From: Azolla caroliniana
Taxonomy: Eukaryota; Plantae; Polypodiophyta
Reading direction: 5' to 3'
Assembly: GCA_043228905.1 (NCBI GenBank)
Contig: JBHGNT010001413.1
Span: forward strand, 1 to 8,842
Length of the DNA: 8,842 nucleotides
A model generated the notes under the pieces. It saw only the letters and a list, made by a program, of their open reading frames with translations. It had not been told where the DNA came from and searched no databases. Below are positions 7,601 through 8,842 of this stretch, piece by piece. The first letter of the stretch is position 1; every line of letters begins with the position of its first letter. Both the position numbers and the translations under genes were made by a program.

Positions 7601-7697
7601 TGAACCCTTCCCCGGTTCTTCCTTTATATAGTGGCGTTTCCCTCGAGCCGCCTTTTCCTGTTTTTCGCGCGTGCGTATCTTCTGCCATAATTAGCAT
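4605..7697 (-). CDS. Extra (3', sense) ORF of the gypsy element: folded N-terminal domain, disordered region with repeats and NLS-like patches, long coiled coil, acidic tail
   Basis: Stop-free frame of over 3 kb. The track's start at 7724 is GTG. In-frame ATGs are at 7697 (1030 aa), 7688 and 7487 (960 aa; favoured, see promoter). No signal peptide or transmembrane stretch is visible. E/K/R/Q-rich heptad-like region at ~6260-5000. Confidence 0.85.
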   Translation of the reverse strand: MLIMAEDTHARKTGKGGSRETPLYKGRTGEGFTFYEFSHKQTQAHNSKIRRAEHLHPDLRPQAAANEEEAMALSDGARQWLTENGLGGLLRVADAPPHKEPEQAATAVDLAEVTEGAVQALTGISEGGLQTIELPSSQIFFEYFGEYSLSSKAYRTQGGENLLFGEVARALMEYGFVNPRPAAIAKYRAAIVAATFEGLQVDWLHFITEGLQEAIKHLVEGKKPWSGISQWLTVLVPPVSPIKHKQRSRQETTPKQTMKRRRILEKHTPGWTQEEEAPPEEGSSRQPRKEGSSRQPREEDSSRQQREEGSSRQPQKQQQQPTTKKKKAEKGKEKLAKKTSKRQTDTEPVTLESEPVPVKEPIIAATEDAETEEESSEPMLILPPRQGKEKRATRPTPTAVGTQQRAEEPVTGTEATQEEGSSAPKTAVPEPTAAEFEEPRKEQAPEQEKRPEKQPELGTPADTNEGRTKAQWLRWLSGQLSGVADQMEKEEEQREEVTRTMTKDMVMLRAQLHELQEEIAQAKEGSRQARDGTEPVGTSEKQAEPQTEKVLQTGPETEKLIATLKEELQAQEALRDNEREQRKLVEDDRRRMEEGLRRSKATNDRLQEENGTLQKEKERLRRRMEQEIERLREELRQQKDRDDRLRDQANRRLKQKTEEFDRLCKDYKQATSDIKNQAATYDRQMEKLKEQLKENRLELSKAREEVSAEKTLTSEQRKEMEVLRQKVGELTKSRNEEKVKLTIEINKWRSTCDKQKVDSEAQAQLMADIIKRIRKEKQAASEQAKAGVDRIKFIMSSWSTRAQASINESTEKLWKEWAQQAAELQILRADAENRKKNGDGFYKMDEESIVNIREELSEDFYALAEEHLKEIRGLVERLDDGQLETQLELEGYEKDRLRQEAEGHTTPISISEGERPAEEDPTNNVPEEELPEQEQVDAGDDAEWRQRSTESGEERTQPVETGESDTGNGTEVEQDRPRQDTEETPVPPVQAESEQQDAKRQPIQSDVGDGTGKTTLETSERSLPDNLKED
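6757..6860 (-). repeat. 27-bp tandem repeat x~4 encoding (E/K)E(G/D)SSRQ(P/Q)(R/Q)
   Basis: Plus-strand units start at 6757, 6784, 6811 and 6838. Protein: EEGSSRQPR-KEGSSRQPR-EEDSSRQQR-EEGSSRQPQ. Confidence 0.9.
7597..7631 (-). promoter_or_regulatory. Candidate internal core promoter (TATA + initiator) for the extra ORF
   Basis: Minus strand CTATATAAAGG (TATA 7630-7623), then TTCACTTT with its A at 7601, 29 nt from the first T of the TATA. The first downstream ATG is the in-frame 7487. Confidence 0.55.
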
Positions 7698-8002
7698 CTT
7701 ACTTTTTAATTTCGGCGTCTGCACGTCCTCTGCCTCGAATAGTATGTCCTATTTATGGCGCCTGCGCATGCTCTGTCATGAATAGCATGTCTGTCCTTTG
7801 CTGCCGCGTGTCATGCCTGCGCTTCTTTGGCGCGTGTCGAATCTCCTATGTGTCTGTCATTATGACTCCTTGATTGCCGCGCGTGTTAAATCTTGTACAC
7901 CGGCCTCCCACGTTCTGCGCTTTAAATAGCTCGTGCACCCGTGTGACGGTTGTAACTACTTCCTTCATTACATTGATTTCTAACCGTAGCACCACGTCAT
8001 CA

Positions 8003-8020
8003 TTTTTTTTTTTTTTTCTT

Positions 8021-8072
<52 letters not shown>
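8003..8072 (-). repeat. 70-bp poly(dA:dT) tract (A-tract on the element's sense strand)
   Basis: Plus strand T15-C-T14-C-T39, followed by A6. It begins 17 bp past the pol stop. Confidence 0.9.
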
Positions 8073-8078
<6 letters not shown>

Positions 8079-8089
8079 TCTGTGCCTCA

Positions 8090-8842
8090 TCATTGTTCGG
8101 TTCCCCCCGATATGTTCGGGTCGGTGTGCACTGTTGTCAGTTCCTCGTCGTTGTTACGCGTCGGTGTCGGTTCCTCGCAATTCGGGTTTTCCGGGTTTTG
8201 CTTGAAGGGGTTAGCTGGCATGTGCCCTTTATACGGTTTTAGGCGAAACCCATTTGCCCATTTACCCACAACTTCTCCTGACAACGTCCCGAGCTGGTAA
8301 GACCCATTGTACTCCTTTGTGATCCAGAATGGTCCGGTCCACCGAAATCGCAATTTCCCCGGCATGTTCCCCATCCGTGTCTGGAACAGCAATACTGGTT
8401 TCCCGACTTCGAATTCCTTTTCGTTACCGCGCCGATGTCGGTCTACAAAGGCTTTCCTCCTCCTTTGCTCTAGTTCTAGCTGTAGTAGGCTGGCTATTCG
8501 ATTTTCTTCCAGTTCTAACAGCATCTTCAGCCGGATTCGTTCGGATTCCTTCTCGCTTAACCGCTCCTTAACCTGTATTCTTAAGCTAGGAATTTGGAAT
8601 TCTACTGGCATGACTGCTTCCAAGCCGAATGCCAGTCGGAACGGGGTCGTCCGGATGCTAGTCTTGTACGCCGTTCGGTACGCCCACAGCACGCTCTGCA
8701 ACTTCGTGTCCCAGTCGGTCCGGTTCTCATTGACGATTTTTCTAAGGATGTTCTGTAGCGTTTTGTTTGTTGATTCCGCTAATCCGTTGGCTTGAGGGTA
8801 GTAGGGAGTGCTTCGTTTGTGTACTACCGCATAGAATGACGT
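8090..8842 (-). CDS. pol: Ty3/gypsy Pol C-terminus: integrase core end and GPF/GPY domain (5'-partial, runs off window)
   Basis: Frame is open from 8842: HKRSTPYYPQANGLAESTNKTLQNILRKIVNENRTDWDTKLQSVLWAYRTAYKT..TPFRLAFGLEAVMPVEFQIPSLRI..GKLRFRWTGPFWI..NGFRLKPY. Catalytic E present. Ends in tandem TGA TGA. Confidence 0.95.
   Translation of the reverse strand, partial: TSFYAVVHKRSTPYYPQANGLAESTNKTLQNILRKIVNENRTDWDTKLQSVLWAYRTAYKTSIRTTPFRLAFGLEAVMPVEFQIPSLRIQVKERLSEKESERIRLKMLLELEENRIASLLQLELEQRRRKAFVDRHRRGNEKEFEVGKPVLLFQTRMGNMPGKLRFRWTGPFWITKEYNGSYQLGTLSGEVVGKWANGFRLKPYKGHMPANPFKQNPENPNCEEPTPTRNNDEELTTVHTDPNISGGTEQ

Larger units (their letters stand above)
4183..8842 (-). mobile_element. 3' half of a non-chromovirus Ty3/gypsy LTR retrotransposon (Athila/Tat group) with a large extra ORF
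   Basis: Terminal integrase with GPF motif and no chromodomain, then a sense extra ORF, a purine-rich tract and an LTR whose end falls where the copia RNase H breaks off (...EAEYMAALEAD|TGTTG). Confidence 0.9.

Noticed and set aside
4605-7724. eORF as Env, or as a host SMC/myosin gene
   Set aside because: No TM segment or signal peptide, no Walker A or motor motifs, no introns, and it sits inside the element. Coiled-coil hits would be compositional.
8003-8072. Poly(A) tail of a LINE/SINE or processed pseudogene
   Set aside because: The upstream sequence on that strand is gypsy integrase; no LINE/SINE body or TSD is seen.
7874-8074. Poly-Phe ORF
   Set aside because: Translation of the T-tract.

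Overview
Plant-type genomic DNA made almost entirely of nested LTR retrotransposons; no host gene is evident. (A) A decayed Ty1/copia pol (Tnt1/Tork-like; protease tail-integrase-RT-start of RNase H) lies on + at 1429-4182. (B) On its left it is cut by a second copia on the minus strand (LTR ~1017-1428, tRNA-iMet PBS 1005-1016, gag start 923-808). That gag is cut in turn at 807 by (C) a probable third LTR-like segment, which carries tRNA-like A/B boxes. (D) On its right, the RNase H is cut at 4183 by a younger, uninterrupted non-chromovirus Ty3/gypsy (Athila/Tat-type) on the minus strand. Its order is: integrase C-terminus (8842-8090), 70-bp A-tract, spacer with clustered CGCGTG motifs, a ~1000-aa extra ORF with no transmembrane segment (folded N-terminal domain, EGSS repeats, basic NLS-like patches, long coiled coil), then PPT and 3' LTR. 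The most interesting signal is this extra ORF, which appears to have its own internal TATA/Inr promoter. All calls come from reading the sequence by eye; no searches were run.
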